This document shows positions 41,153 to 50,563 of a stretch of 64,000 bases of DNA, one piece after another. Under the pieces are notes generated by a model. That model was not told the origin of the DNA. It searched no databases and saw only the letters and a program-made list of their open reading frames with translations. Numbering within the stretch: the first letter of the stretch is position 1; each line of letters opens with the position of its first letter. This DNA is from Candidatus Versatilivorator sp. (GTDB lineage: Bacteria > Acidobacteriota > Terriglobia > Versatilivoradales > Versatilivoraceae): the NCBI GenBank assembly GCA_965207735.1, contig OZ242296.1, forward strand, positions 2,592,001 to 2,656,000. The letters run 5' to 3'. The translations under genes and the position numbers were made by a program.

Positions 41153-41910
41153 ACAAGCCGGTACTCGCGGATCGTGATTCCGGCTTCTTCGAACAACTGA
41201 AACGTCGAGTCGTTCAAGGGATACCCCATATTGAACACCACCTCGGCGATCCCGCTGTTGATGATCATCTTGGCGCACATCAGGCAGGGCGAAAAGGTGG
41301 AATAGAGGCATCCGTCCTTGACGCTGGTGCCGTGGTAGGCCGCTTGAGTGATGGCGTTCTCCTCGGCGTGGGAACACAGGCACTCATCCAGTCGGGTCCC
41401 ACTGGCTGCAAGTCCGCCGCAGCGCGGACACCCACCCTCGTTGCAGTTCCTCGTTCCGCGAGGGGTGCCGTTGTAGCCGGTGGAGATGATCCTGCGGTCT
41501 TTCACCACCACCGCCCCCACTTTGCGCTTGATGCAGTTGCTCCGCATGGACGCCACCTGGGCAATCCTCATGAAATACTCATCCCAGGACGGCCGCCGCG
41601 ACCCGGCCATTTTCTGCCGAACCAGGCGATTGAGACTCGCCAACGCTTCCACTTCCGATTGGCGAGGCGACAGCACCAGGTCAAAGGGCACTGCCGGCTC
41701 CACGGATTCACCGATGCAAACCAGCACCATTCCCGCTTCCTGCAGGGACTCCCAATCGGGAGGCAGCCGCCGCTTCCGAAAAACCAGGTGCTGCGACTGG
41801 TCCCGCGGCAGGTCCTGGGTGGACCGGCACGAACCGAACCCCTTCTCGTTCAGGTCATTTTGCAGAGCGAGGGTCAGTGGCGAATCTTCCCCGAACAACC
41901 CGATAATCAT
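41149..41910 (-). CDS. dCMP deaminase with degenerate N-terminal domain
   Basis: RPSWDEYFM, RSNCIKRKVGAV, GYNGTPRG, HAEENAI, SPCLMC; start re-called to ATG 41910 (MIIGLFGE). Confidence 0.88.
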   Translation of the reverse strand: MIIGLFGEDSPLTLALQNDLNEKGFGSCRSTQDLPRDQSQHLVFRKRRLPPDWESLQEAGMVLVCIGESVEPAVPFDLVLSPRQSEVEALASLNRLVRQKMAGSRRPSWDEYFMRIAQVASMRSNCIKRKVGAVVVKDRRIISTGYNGTPRGTRNCNEGGCPRCGGLAASGTRLDECLCSHAEENAITQAAYHGTSVKDGCLYSTFSPCLMCAKMIINSGIAEVVFNMGYPLNDSTFQLFEEAGITIREYRLV

Positions 41911-42060
41911 CCTGCAATCCCCTTTATCCAGCTCACCCCCAAAGCGGTCCAGGCAGAGACCCGTCTTGGAGCGATTGCCCACGGCGACTGTTGCCGGCTG
42001 GTCCAGATTACCATAAGATCCCGATGGTGCGAGCATGCCCCGACACTAGGAGAAAAACCC

Positions 42061-42687
42061 ATGAACATTCTGGATCCGTCCATCGTTCGCTACCTCCATT
42101 CCCTGACTCCCCCGAGGGACCCCACGCTCCGGGAAATGGAGCGCATCGCCGCCGAGAAGAGATTTCCCATCATCGGCCCCCTGGTAGGTCGACTTCTCTT
42201 CCAACTGGCGCTACTGACGCGGGCGAAACGCATCTTCGAGCTGGGATCCGGCTACGGTTACTCGGCGATCTGGTTTGCAAGGGGCTTGCAACCGGGGGGA
42301 CGGATTATCTGTACCGATGGGTCCGGGACCAACGCCGCCCTGGCCGCACGGTTTTTCAAACAGGCGCAAATCGAAGGTCTGGTAGACTACCGAACCGGTG
42401 ACGCCCTTTCCCTGCTGGCCGAAGAGCCGGGATCCTTCGACATCATCCTGAACGACGTGGACAAGCACGAGTATCCCGAGGTATTTCGGCAGGCGGTCCC
42501 CAGACTGAAAAAGGGGGGATTGCTCGTCACCGACAACACCCTGTGGCAGGGGAGGGTGGTGAGCGACGACGATGCCGCCACCACGGCGGGAGTTCGAGCC
42601 TTCAATCGACTGGCTTTCCATTCCGAGGAAGTCCTGACAACCATTATTCCCCTCAGGGATGGCGTGGCTCTGAGCATCAAGCGATGA
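42061..42687 (+). CDS. O-methyltransferase (caffeoyl-CoA/COMT-like family)
   Basis: FELGSGYGYSAIW, FDIILND.DK, LKKGGLLVTDN.LW.G, PLRDG; AGGAG RBS before ATG 42061. Confidence 0.88.
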   Translation: MNILDPSIVRYLHSLTPPRDPTLREMERIAAEKRFPIIGPLVGRLLFQLALLTRAKRIFELGSGYGYSAIWFARGLQPGGRIICTDGSGTNAALAARFFKQAQIEGLVDYRTGDALSLLAEEPGSFDIILNDVDKHEYPEVFRQAVPRLKKGGLLVTDNTLWQGRVVSDDDAATTAGVRAFNRLAFHSEEVLTTIIPLRDGVALSIKR

Positions 42688-43526
42688 ACATAGGACCCTA
42701 CCGCATTGTCTCCCTGGAAACCGGGCGTTTCGGCCTCGACGGCGGCGCCATGTTCGGGGTTGTCCCCAAGACTCTCTGGAGCAGGACCAATCCCAGCGAC
42801 GAGCGCAACCGAATCCCGCTGGCCATGAGGTCTCTGTTGATTCTGGATGAGAAGCGCAGGATTCTGGTTGACGCCGGCTGCGGCCACAAGTTCTCCGACA
42901 AGCTCAAGGAGATCTACCGACTCGACCATAGCCAATTCACCCTGGAGGACTCGCTGGCCGCCCATGGACTCGAGCCGGAAGACATCACCGACGTCATCCT
43001 GACACACTTCCATTTTGACCATGCCGGTGGGGCGACCCGCTACCGGAACGACCGGTTGGAGCTGACCTTCCCCTCGGCCAGGCACTACATTCAGCGGAGT
43101 CAATGGGAAAGGGCCCTGAGCCCTTCCGAGAAGGATCGGGGCAGCTACATGTCAATGGATATCGAGCCCTTCCGCGACCACGCCCAACTCACAATCCTGG
43201 AGGGCCCCTGTGAGCTGTTCCCCGGCCTTCAACTCCTGCTGTCCAATGGGCACACCCCGGGCCTGCAGATGGTCAAGATTCAGGACGGTGGCGCCACGCT
43301 TTTCTATTGCGGCGACATGATGCCCACCGCCTCTCATCTCCCCCTGCCCTACCTGATGGGGTATGACCTCTATCCCCTGACCACCATCGAGGAGAAGCGG
43401 CGCTATCTGCGGCAGGCTTGTGAAGAAAACTGGATCATCGCTCTGGAACACGATCCGGCACAGCAGGCCATTCGCATTCAGCCCGGCAGGAAACACTTCG
43501 AGGTATGCGAGTCGGTGGGGTTATGA
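42684..43526 (+). CDS. MBL-fold metallo-hydrolase (YtnP/AHL-lactonase-like)
   Basis: LDGGAMFGVVPK, THFHFDHAGG, GHTPG, MGYDLYP, EHD; ATGA overlap with the upstream gene. Confidence 0.9.
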   Translation: MNIGPYRIVSLETGRFGLDGGAMFGVVPKTLWSRTNPSDERNRIPLAMRSLLILDEKRRILVDAGCGHKFSDKLKEIYRLDHSQFTLEDSLAAHGLEPEDITDVILTHFHFDHAGGATRYRNDRLELTFPSARHYIQRSQWERALSPSEKDRGSYMSMDIEPFRDHAQLTILEGPCELFPGLQLLLSNGHTPGLQMVKIQDGGATLFYCGDMMPTASHLPLPYLMGYDLYPLTTIEEKRRYLRQACEENWIIALEHDPAQQAIRIQPGRKHFEVCESVGL

Positions 43527-43568
43527 CGGGATGGCAGCGGGGGGCTCCGCGGCCCTTACCGGCGATTT

Positions 43569-44441
43569 TCAGTCATCCTGCTCCACCCGAAAGACCACCT
43601 TGGCTCGATGTTCGGCGCCTATCGGCTCACCGTCCCGGTAGGCCGGGGCAAAGTCCCACCAGTGTTTCACCTCGTAGAGCGCTCGTTCGGTGAGTCCGAA
43701 CTCCAGACTGGACTCGGGGACGGCTTCAACCACCTCGCCGCTGGCATCCAGCTTCAAGACGATGCTCAGGCTGCCGGTCTCCTTTTTCTTCCTGGCCTTT
43801 TCGGTACGCCTGGGGAAGGTGCTCAAGAGGGTCACCGGTCCTCGCGTCCCCTTGCTCACAAATGGTGCGGCCACCCGCCGGCAACGGATCCTGGAACCAT
43901 AGATGTTCTTGCCGTAAAGCACTCCCAACTGGAATTTCTTGAGGCGATCGCTGCTGACTCCGATATTGATCTTTTCGAAGTTCTCCACGAACTCCCGATA
44001 ATCCGGCCCGCCGACCGGCTGCAGCCGATAGGCCAGCCTCCCTATCAGGAAGACGACCTTGCGCACTTCCCCCGGAAAGTCGAAGCTGTAGCCGAGCTCG
44101 AATCTGCGCCGCGTCCGCTGGCGGACGCAAGCCCGGGGATTGCCCTCCAGCTTGGACTTGCGGCCGTCGTATAGGAAGGAGTCGAATCGCAGGGGCTGGC
44201 CTTCCGCCGTTCGCATGGAGATCCGTTCCACCGAGAGGCACCGTCGGTTCTCCCCAATATTGATGATCTCCATGAAGGCTTCCCGGTTCGGGGTCAACTC
44301 GAACGCGAAGAGCATGGTGGAATCCACGTAGGCATGGTAGGCGCTGGCCTCGGGCAGAAAATCCGGGGTCGCCCGGACCGCGGATCCACCGAGCAAGGCC
44401 AGGCTCACGACCAGCCAAGGAATGCGCCACAGAGTTTTCAT
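43569..44441 (-). CDS. Exported hypothetical protein with C-terminal TonB_C-like domain
   Basis: Signal peptide; PRRTEKARKKKETG...LDASGEV...FGLTERAL...WDFAPAYRDGEPI. Confidence 0.65.
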   Translation of the reverse strand: MKTLWRIPWLVVSLALLGGSAVRATPDFLPEASAYHAYVDSTMLFAFELTPNREAFMEIINIGENRRCLSVERISMRTAEGQPLRFDSFLYDGRKSKLEGNPRACVRQRTRRRFELGYSFDFPGEVRKVVFLIGRLAYRLQPVGGPDYREFVENFEKINIGVSSDRLKKFQLGVLYGKNIYGSRIRCRRVAAPFVSKGTRGPVTLLSTFPRRTEKARKKKETGSLSIVLKLDASGEVVEAVPESSLEFGLTERALYEVKHWWDFAPAYRDGEPIGAEHRAKVVFRVEQDD

Positions 44442-44457
44442 GGTTGGTAATGTTGAA

Positions 44458-45285
44458 CTAAAGCACATCGGCAAAGGATCGCTTGACGTAGCGGAACAGG
44501 AGACCGCCGCACACGAAAGTAGCCAGAGCCATTCCGTAGAGGGGAATCATCTCCTGCCAGGAGGGCATCTCGGCAAACAGCAACATCTTGCGGTAAGCAA
44601 TCACGATTTCGGCCAACGGATTCAAGCGCATGGCCAGGACCAGCTTGTCGCTGACCTTGGCCAGGTGTTCTTCGGTAAAGAAAATCGGAGTAAACCAGAA
44701 CCAGAAGGTGAGGACCACTGCGACCACTTGGGCGGTGTCCCTCAGAAACACCTGAAGGCTCGAGACCACCCAACTCAAGCCCAGGGCAAACAGCATCAGG
44801 GGAAGCAGGTAGAGGGGAATCAACAGCACAAAAAAGCTCAGGTCCTGCAGGTAGAAGAGGATGATCACCAGGAAGATGGCCAAGCCGATCAGATGGTTCA
44901 CCAGGTTGGCGATCAGTACGGCCACCGGCAGAATCTCCGAGGGGAACACCGTCTTGGTGATCAGATTGGCGTTGTCCACCAGCACGTTGCTGGAGCGGGT
45001 CAGGGTCTCCTGGAACATCATCCAGGGAAGGATGCCACAGAACAGGTAGAGGGCAAAGCTGGCCGTTCCGTTCTCGGGAAACCGGGGATGTTGTATTTGC
45101 AGTTTCCAGATCACCGAAAACACGAAGGTGTAGCACACCAGCAGCGCCAGCGGATGGATCACCGACCAGAAGAGCCCCATGATCGAACCCACGTAGCGGC
45201 TCTTGAGATCGCGTTCGACCATCGACCGGATGAGACCCCGATGGCGAACGACCTTGCTGACGAAATTGACGATTAGACCGGTCAC
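44458..45285 (-). CDS. ABC-2 polysaccharide export permease (Wzm/TagG-like)
   Basis: RDLKSRYVGS.MGLFWSVIHPL, NLITKTVFP, VFLRD, FTPIFF, LNPL. Confidence 0.9.
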   Translation of the reverse strand: MTGLIVNFVSKVVRHRGLIRSMVERDLKSRYVGSIMGLFWSVIHPLALLVCYTFVFSVIWKLQIQHPRFPENGTASFALYLFCGILPWMMFQETLTRSSNVLVDNANLITKTVFPSEILPVAVLIANLVNHLIGLAIFLVIILFYLQDLSFFVLLIPLYLLPLMLFALGLSWVVSSLQVFLRDTAQVVAVVLTFWFWFTPIFFTEEHLAKVSDKLVLAMRLNPLAEIVIAYRKMLLFAEMPSWQEMIPLYGMALATFVCGGLLFRYVKRSFADVL

Positions 45286-45317
45286 GGGACGAATCCGGCG
45301 GCGGGCGCCGGCGGTGA

Positions 45318-48300
45318 TTATTCGATGGTCAACAACAGGTCCTTGGTCTCAACGTGCTGCCCCGCCCCCACCAGGATACGGCTCACACGTCCGGCCACGG
45401 GAGCGTAAATCGTACTCTGCATCTTCATGGCTTCCAGGGTAAACAGCTTCTCGCCCCGGTCCACTCGCTGCTCCAACTGGACGAACACGTGGGTAATCAC
45501 CCCGGGCGACGGCGGCCCCACGTGCCCAGGCTCCCCGGGGCTGATCTTGGGATGGGCCGGGGCAGCTGCCTGCAGGCTCATGTCGCGCACCACCGCCTCT
45601 CGAGGCTGTCCGTTGAGCTCGAAGAAGACGGTTCGTCGGCCGTCGGGGTTGGGTTCGCTGATGGTCAGGAATTTGATCACCAGGGTCTTGCCGGGCTCGA
45701 TGTCCACCGCAATTTCGTCTCCCGACTGCATCCCGTAAAAGAACTGGGGAGTCGGGAGGACGCCGACATCGCCAAATTTCAGCTGCATCGCGACGTAGTT
45801 CAGAAACACGTCCGGGTACAACAGGTAACTCAACACCTCGTCATGGCGGACATCTCGGCCCAGCTTTCGCTCCAGGAACTTTCGAGTTTTGCCGAAATCG
45901 GCAGGCGGCAGATCGGCTCCGGGACGCGTCCGGCTCGGTTCAGCCCCCCTCAAGATGATTTTTTGCAGGCGAGGCGGCCATCCTCCCGGGGGAGTTCCCA
46001 GAGAACCGGCAAAGAGATCGATCACTGAATTGGGAAGCGCGAGATCGTGCTTGACGTCCAGGTGAAGCAGGTCCTCCGGATCCATCCCCTTGGCCAACAA
46101 AAAGAGTGTCAGGTCTCCCACCACTTTACTGGAAGGGGTGACCTTGACGATATCGCCAAAGAGTCGATTCACTTCGGCGTAGGTGGACTCCACCTCCCTC
46201 CAGCGGTAACCCAGGCCAACGGCCGCCGCCTGCTGGCGCAGATTGGTGTATTGCCCTCCCGGAATCTCGTGCAGATAGACCTTGGCATCTCCCGACCTGG
46301 GACCGCTATCGAAAGGTCGATAGAAGTCTCTTACCACCCCCCAGTAGTCCGAGTAGCCGCCCAGGACCTCGGGGTCGAGCCCCGTGTCCCGCTGCCGGCC
46401 GCGCACGGCTTCCACAATGGAGTTGAGATTGGGCTGGCTGGTCTGACCGCTCATCGACGAAACGGCGCCATCGACCACATCCACTCCGGACTCGGCAGCC
46501 TTGAGGATGGAAGCCGCGCTCACACCGCTGGTGTCGTGGGTGTGGAAGTGAATCGGAATCCCCACTTCCTGGCGCAGGGCTTTCACCAACTCGGCGGCGG
46601 CGTAGGGTTTGCAGAGTCCCGCCATGTCCTTGATGGCCAGGACGTGGGCGCCCATCTCCTCCAGCCGGCGGGCCATCTTGAGGTAGTAGTCAAGGGAGTA
46701 CTTGGGCCGTCGGGGATCGAGGATATCGCCGGTGTAGCAGATAGCGGCCTCGCAAACGGCCTGGGTATCCCGCACCGCCGCCATGGAGACTTCCATGTTT
46801 TCCACTGAATTCAGGGAATCGAAAATACGGAAGATATCTATGCCCTGCCTGGCCGCTTCCTTGATGAACTCGGTCACCACGTTGTCCGGGTAACTGGTGT
46901 ATCCCACCGCGTTGGAAGCCCGGAACAGCATCTGGAAGCAGATATTGGGAACCCGCTCTCGAAGTTGCCGCAGCCTCTGCCAGGGATCCTCGTTGAGGAA
47001 GCGCAGGGCGGTGTCGAAGGTGGCCCCGCCCCACATCTCCAGGCTGAAGAGCCGGGGCAATCGGTGGGCCAAGGCCTCGGCAGTCCTCAGAATGTCTATG
47101 GAACGCACCCGGGTAGCCAGCAGGGATTGATGCGCATCCCGGAAAGTGGTGTCGGTGATCAGCAGGTTCTCCTGCTCCCGCATCCACTGAGCAAACCCTT
47201 CCGGACCCAACTCGAGCAAGCGCTGGCGGGTACCCGGAGGCGGAGCGGTTCCCTTGGGGAAAGGGATCTCCGGCAGTGGCGCCGGCTGGATGTCTCGACT
47301 CGTCCTTGAAGTGGCGAATGTTTCGGGCCAGGGTTTGCCGGCGACTTCCGGATTCCCGTTGACAATCACTCCCGCCAGGTAGTCCAGCAGTCGGGTGGCT
47401 CGATCCCGTCTTCGTACAAAGCGGAAGAGCTCGGGGTACTCTTCCAGGAAACGGGTAGTGGCCAAGCCTTCCTGAAACACCCGATGGTTGACGATATTCT
47501 CGAGAAAGGGCACATTGGTCTTGACGCCACGCACCCGAAACTCTCGCAGGGCTCTATCCATCCGCTGGCAGGCTTCCTTGGGGTTCCTTCCCCAGGCCGT
47601 GGCCTTCGTCAGCAGGGAATCGTAGTAGGGAATCAGGACCGCCCCCCCCGAGACTGCGCCCCCATCCAATCGCAAGCCGAATCCTGCCGGAGAACGGTAG
47701 GTGGTGACCTTCCCGAAGTCGGGCGCGAACTGGTTTTCCGGGTCCTCCGCCGTAATACGGCACTGCAGGGCGCAACCGTAGAGCGGAATTTTCGCTTGCC
47801 GGGGCAGAGAGATCGGGGGGTCGTGCAACCGGTGGCCCTGGGCAATCAGGATCTGCGAGCGCACCAGGTCGATCCCCGTCACCCTCTCGGTCACGGTGTG
47901 CTCGACCTGGATTCGGGGATTGACCTCGATGAAGTACCATTCCCGACTGTCCACATCCAGAAGGAACTCGACCGTTCCGGCATTCACGTAGCCGACTTCA
48001 CGAGCCAAAACAACCGCCGCATCGCGCAGCTCCCGCCGAAGCTCTTCAGGTACCCCGGCGGCAGGCGCCACCTCCACCACCTTCTGATGTCTTCGCTGCA
48101 CCGAACAGTCCCGTTCATAGAGGTGCACGACCTGTCCATGCTCGTCGGCCAGGATCTGAACCTCCACATGCTTGGGCCGCTCGATGAAGCGCTCCAGGAA
48201 AAGGGCGCCGTTGCCGAAGGCAGCCTCCGCCTCACCTCGGGCTTCGGCCAATTGCTTTTCCAGGTCCTCGGCGGAACGGATGATCCTCATTCCCCGTCCT

Positions 48301-48791
48301 CCGCCGCCGAAGGCAGCCTTGGCAATCAAGGGGAATCCCAGCTCTGAAGCCGTTCGCAGAGCCGCCTGCCCGTCCTCCACGGGCTCGTCGGTACCCGGAA
48401 TCACGGGGATTCCCGCCTTCTTGGCCAGGCGGCGGGCAGCCAGTTTGTCCCCCAGCAACTCCAGCAGATGCGGTGTCGGACCCACGAAGATGATGTTCTC
48501 CCGCCGACAAGCCCGGGCGAACTCGGGATTCTCGGCCAGAAATCCGTACCCCGGATGGATGGCGCCCACCTTCTTGTCCCGGGCGATCGCCAGAATACCC
48601 TCAATATCCAGATAGGCCTCCACCGGCCCCTTCTCTCTTGGCAGGGCATAGGCCTCATCGGCCTTGAAACGGTGCAAGGCGACGCGGTCCGCCTCGGAGT
48701 AGACGGCGACTGTCCGCAACCCGAGTTCGGTGGCCGCCCTCATGATACGAATGGCGATTTCGCTACGGTTGGCAGCCAGGAGTTTCTTCAT
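45318..48791 (-). CDS. pyc: Pyruvate carboxylase
   Basis: ANRSEIA, HPGYGFLAEN, RDCSVQRRHQK, RDAHQSLLATR, KDMAGL, HTHDT, EAMKM biotin site. Confidence 0.97.
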   Translation of the reverse strand: MKKLLAANRSEIAIRIMRAATELGLRTVAVYSEADRVALHRFKADEAYALPREKGPVEAYLDIEGILAIARDKKVGAIHPGYGFLAENPEFARACRRENIIFVGPTPHLLELLGDKLAARRLAKKAGIPVIPGTDEPVEDGQAALRTASELGFPLIAKAAFGGGGRGMRIIRSAEDLEKQLAEARGEAEAAFGNGALFLERFIERPKHVEVQILADEHGQVVHLYERDCSVQRRHQKVVEVAPAAGVPEELRRELRDAAVVLAREVGYVNAGTVEFLLDVDSREWYFIEVNPRIQVEHTVTERVTGIDLVRSQILIAQGHRLHDPPISLPRQAKIPLYGCALQCRITAEDPENQFAPDFGKVTTYRSPAGFGLRLDGGAVSGGAVLIPYYDSLLTKATAWGRNPKEACQRMDRALREFRVRGVKTNVPFLENIVNHRVFQEGLATTRFLEEYPELFRFVRRRDRATRLLDYLAGVIVNGNPEVAGKPWPETFATSRTSRDIQPAPLPEIPFPKGTAPPPGTRQRLLELGPEGFAQWMREQENLLITDTTFRDAHQSLLATRVRSIDILRTAEALAHRLPRLFSLEMWGGATFDTALRFLNEDPWQRLRQLRERVPNICFQMLFRASNAVGYTSYPDNVVTEFIKEAARQGIDIFRIFDSLNSVENMEVSMAAVRDTQAVCEAAICYTGDILDPRRPKYSLDYYLKMARRLEEMGAHVLAIKDMAGLCKPYAAAELVKALRQEVGIPIHFHTHDTSGVSAASILKAAESGVDVVDGAVSSMSGQTSQPNLNSIVEAVRGRQRDTGLDPEVLGGYSDYWGVVRDFYRPFDSGPRSGDAKVYLHEIPGGQYTNLRQQAAAVGLGYRWREVESTYAEVNRLFGDIVKVTPSSKVVGDLTLFLLAKGMDPEDLLHLDVKHDLALPNSVIDLFAGSLGTPPGGWPPRLQKIILRGAEPSRTRPGADLPPADFGKTRKFLERKLGRDVRHDEVLSYLLYPDVFLNYVAMQLKFGDVGVLPTPQFFYGMQSGDEIAVDIEPGKTLVIKFLTISEPNPDGRRTVFFELNGQPREAVVRDMSLQAAAPAHPKISPGEPGHVGPPSPGVITHVFVQLEQRVDRGEKLFTLEAMKMQSTIYAPVAGRVSRILVGAGQHVETKDLLLTIE

Positions 48792-48798
48792 CGTTTAC

Positions 48799-48970
48799 CT
48801 GAAACAACAGAAAAAAGAGTGATCCACGAAGGGCCACGAAGAACGACGAAGGGCCACTAAGGCGTTGAGGTTAACCGCGACGGGATACCAAGGTCACTAA
48901 AGAATTTTCGATTTCTGATTGTTTCACTTTCGTATGATCCGCCCGGCAGGCCGGGGGCTGGACTTGTCTG
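48799..48970 (+). repeat. Dispersed copy of the ~180-bp element
   Basis: ctgaaacaacagaaaaaagag...ccacgaagggccacgaagaacgacgaagggccactaagg...gacttgtctg; 7 nt from the pyc ATG. Confidence 0.93.
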
Positions 48971-49031
48971 AACAAAAGACTCCTATTCTATACACAAGCT
49001 CCGGCGGACGGAAAGCGGATTAGGCGTTGGC

Positions 49032-49055
49032 GGCGCCTACAAGAGACGCCCCTAC
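49032..49055 (-). repeat. GTAG-type REP-like hairpin
   Basis: Minus strand GTAGGGGCGTCTCTTGTAGGCGCC: GTAG tetranucleotide followed by an imperfect GC-rich palindrome. Confidence 0.55.
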
Positions 49056-49206
49056 GGTTTCGCCAGGCGACGGCGATTCCGTGAGAGAAGGAGACCGGTG
49101 GTTGCCTGAGGGAACCCCGCAAGCGGTTTCCGCCAGCCCAGGTCCCGCCGTTGTAATGTAGAATGCTGAATGCTGAATCGGACGGATATCGTACTCGTTG
49201 AAAAAG

Positions 49207-50430
49207 ATGGAAGAAGAAACCCTGTATCGATCGCTGAGGCTGCCACACAGGCCGGAAGGAAAGGTCGTCCTGCTTGTCCTGGACGGTGTCGGCGACATTG
49301 CAACCGCTGAAACTCGCTACCGGACCCCGCTGGAGGCCGCGGTCACTCCGAACCTGGATGAATTGGCTCAGGCCTCGGCCATGGGCAGAATGATCCCGGT
49401 CCTGCCGGGGATCACGCCGGGAAGCGGTCCCGGTCACCTGGGGCTTTTCGGCTACGATCCGGCGCTATTCCGAGTCGATCGAGGCGTGATCGAGGCTCTG
49501 GGGGTTGGCATCGACTTGAGGACCGACGACGTGGCCGCCCGCGCCAACTTCTGTACCGTCAATGCCGAGGGAGTCGTCACCGACCGCAGAGCCGGCCGCA
49601 TTGACAGCGGGCTTAACCGAACCCTATGTCAGAAACTGGGCTCCATTGGCAGGATCGGCGAGACGGAGGTTATTGTCCGCCGCGGGAGATCTCATCGCTT
49701 CGTGGTGGTTTTCCGGGGAGGCGGGATCGCCGGGCCTCTCCCGGATTCCGACCCTCACGGCACAGGTCTCCCCGTAAGGCCAATCATAGCCCAAAGCCGG
49801 GAGCGCAAGGTCAGAAGGGCGGCCGAGGTGATCGCCCGATTCTACCGGCAGGCCACGCCTCTGCTGGCGGAAGACTATCCAGCCAACGGTTTCCTCTTGA
49901 GGGGCATTGGCAGCCTCCCCCGAATCCCCGGCTTTGAGGAGCGGTTCCGACTGAGGGCCGCGGCGATCGCCGCTTATCCCATGTACCGGGGACTGGCCCA
50001 ACTGATTGGAATGCGGACTCTGAAAGAAGCAAGGGAGATCGGGCAACAGTTTCGACAGTACCTCGACGAGTGTGAAGGCTTCGACTATTTCTTCATCCAC
50101 GTCAAGGGTACGGACATGGCCGGGGAGGACGGCGATTTCGATGGCAAGGTGGCCGTGATCGAGGCCGTGGACCGGGCTCTACCCATTCTCTTGCAAAAGC
50201 GTCCCCTGGTGCTGGCCATCACGGGGGACCATTCGTCCCCGGTGGCGCTGAAATCTCACAGTTGGCACCCCCAGCCGGTTCTGTTGAACAGCCCGGTTTC
50301 CGGAAGCGACGGACTGAGCCGATTCACCGAAACCTGTGCCAACCGGGGCTCGCTAGGGGTGTTCCAGAGCAAATACTTGATTCGATTGATGATGGCTAAC
50401 GCGGGACTCTTTGCCAAGTTCGGCGCCTGA
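49207..50430 (+). CDS. apgM: 2,3-bisphosphoglycerate-independent phosphoglycerate mutase (ApgM type)
   Basis: VLDGVGD, TPNLD, PGSGPGHLGLFGYDP, HVKGTD, TGDHSSP, HSWHP. Confidence 0.9.
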   Translation: MEEETLYRSLRLPHRPEGKVVLLVLDGVGDIATAETRYRTPLEAAVTPNLDELAQASAMGRMIPVLPGITPGSGPGHLGLFGYDPALFRVDRGVIEALGVGIDLRTDDVAARANFCTVNAEGVVTDRRAGRIDSGLNRTLCQKLGSIGRIGETEVIVRRGRSHRFVVVFRGGGIAGPLPDSDPHGTGLPVRPIIAQSRERKVRRAAEVIARFYRQATPLLAEDYPANGFLLRGIGSLPRIPGFEERFRLRAAAIAAYPMYRGLAQLIGMRTLKEAREIGQQFRQYLDECEGFDYFFIHVKGTDMAGEDGDFDGKVAVIEAVDRALPILLQKRPLVLAITGDHSSPVALKSHSWHPQPVLLNSPVSGSDGLSRFTETCANRGSLGVFQSKYLIRLMMANAGLFAKFGA

Positions 50431-50462
50431 TCACCCGCCCCCCCTTCGTATCATTCGACTAG

Positions 50463-50491
50463 TTGAGTTTGAATGGTCGAGCATGTAAAAT
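50463..50491 (+). promoter_or_regulatory. Sigma70-like promoter for the UroD-like/corrinoid operon
   Basis: TTGAGT - 17 bp - TAAAAT. Confidence 0.55.
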
Positions 50492-50563
50492 CCCGACCGA
50501 ATCGGCTACAGCGTGCGACGCACTCGTGACGATGTCCTTCAAGTGCCTGCACGGGAGGTTTCC

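Noticed and set aside
41080-42060. 535-aa ORF suggesting a long N-terminal fusion to the O-methyltransferase
   Set aside because: The upstream part is antisense to the dCMP deaminase and starts in the repeat; the real start is ATG 42061 with an AGGAG RBS.
50431-50563. Cobalamin riboswitch upstream of the UroD-like/corrinoid operon
   Set aside because: The leader after the predicted promoter is only about 65 nt and lacks a B12 box.
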